Of a DNA stretch of 64,000 nt, positions 62,767 through 64,000 are shown piece after piece (position 1 is the first letter of the stretch; the number at the start of each line of letters is the position of its first letter). A program made the position numbers and the translations under genes. This DNA comes from Eutreptiella sp. 'Long Island Sound 2002'. Lineage: Eukaryota; Protista; Euglenida. Below the pieces are notes generated by a model. The model saw only the letters and a list, made by a program, of their open reading frames with translations. It did no database searches and was not told where the DNA came from. The stretch is from NCBI GenBank assembly GCA_964036045.1, contig OZ038378.1, positions 167,772,001 through 167,836,000 on the forward strand, read 5' to 3'.

Positions 62767-64000
62767 CCAGTCAATGGAGTCTCGTTTCGAAGCGGGGGTG
62801 GGGTTGGAGAAGGGGAAGGAGAAGGGGGGAACCCCCCCGCCGCCAGGCAAAGGCAAAATGCGGGAATTGCTGTGCACCACCGATGTGTAAGACTGGGCAA
62901 TCCGGAACCTGCCCCAGTGTTACATTTCCCACATCAGTGGTGGTGGGAACATATCGCTCTCTTGAGTGCAAAGCATGCCAATGCTGGGATGGGAGGGACG
63001 CCAAGGGGCAGAAGCAGCACCTGGGAGCAGAGGGACGGCCGTCGCCCACTCTCAATTACCAAAAGTACTTTCCCCCCACGGCTTGGGACAAGCAATGCAA
63101 ACAATTCCCTCCAAAAAAATTCAAACCGCTGTGTACACCTGGAAGTGCCAACCGCCACAATTACTCAGCTTCTATGCCCCCTGGCAATTAGAACTCATGG
63201 CAGGTCCCCATGAACGTGACAACCTCTTTTGGACCGTTTCGGGGCGCTGGCGAACTTAACCCGCAGGTCGGAGCCCTCCATTTTGAAATGGAGGTTTGGG
63301 AATCGTTCGCATGCTCCTGATCAATCAACAGGCGTTTTGCGGGTGGTAGAGCTGAGCACGGTGGGTGCAGCAATGCTGAGAGGTTGTGTGCAATATGGTG
63401 CCGTTTGGGACCCTCCGCCACCTCTCTCCCGCCCTCTTTACGGCCATCTTTCGGGGCAGAGCAGAATGGACCTCAATCCTTCTCCGCAGGCATGCGCTTG
63501 AAGGGTGATGGTCAGCCCTGCCAGCCTCTTCTGTTCTCCCCAACAGCCCCAACCGGTTTGCACCTGCCAGAAGTCGCCACCCAACTGCTTGTCCAACCGC
63601 CAGCAACCGCTTTTGCAACAAATCGTGAAATGCCCCTTCAGCCACCCTCTCTCCCGGCCTTCTCCCTCTCTGTCCTGTATTGTCAAGTCATGTCAAGGGA
63701 GGGGGTTACAATGGGTGCATGCCACATGTGGTGGCAACCTGTGTGTGCCATCCTACCATGGCATGCATTGGCATGGCCCGAGCATGCCCTACGTCTGCAT
63801 TCTCACTGGCATCTGCTTCGTTGGTTCGGTGAGAAATATTACCCAAGGGGGGGGGGATTCGAGCCCCCCAAAAGTGGGGGCAGTTTGGAAAAGGGGCTCT
63901 GGTGCCCCAAGGCGTATTTTTTTGACTCAGACAACCTGCTTGAAAAATTTTTGGGCTTTGGCGATCCCCCCCCCCCCCCCAATGCATACCTCAGGACGAT

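Noticed and set aside
63438-63686. Minus-strand ORF containing LGGDFW as a possible LINE endonuclease fragment
   Set aside because: It has only one weak motif and no other APE motifs nearby.

Overview
Eukaryotic, intron-rich, repeat-dense genomic DNA. Every intron I could resolve is GT-AG, and there are many G/C homopolymer runs and microsatellites. The YR retroelement architecture hints at a euglenozoan host, but that is inference only. Host genes reconstructed by eye: (1) a complete 7-exon VPS4 AAA+ ATPase (minus, 47874->37546, 451 aa); (2) a gene of at least 14 exons (minus, 25556->6714) that joins an LRMDA/C10orf11-type LRR domain to a Has1/DDX18-type DEAD-box fold in which every identifiable catalytic motif is degenerate, i.e. 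a candidate LRR-pseudohelicase fusion; (3) plus-strand exons of an Ariadne-type RBR E3 ligase and of a long coiled-coil protein that appear interleaved; (4) weaker exon sets at 0.6-5.8 kb and 35.4-37.3 kb. Mobile DNA: a decayed gag-YR-RT-RNaseH retrotransposon (about 16.4-20.6 kb) inside an intron, with a ~146-bp inversion of its recombinase active-site segment; an intact-ORF Penelope-like element with N-terminal GIY-YIG and a YMDN RT motif (50961-54086); a tRNA-like Pol III unit facing away from it; and a 4-kb element bounded by 30-bp TIRs (28424-32385) carrying a spliced, possibly BAH-domain cargo gene framed by 64-bp inverted repeats. No rRNA genes or CRISPR arrays were found. All protein family assignments come from motif recognition without database searches.
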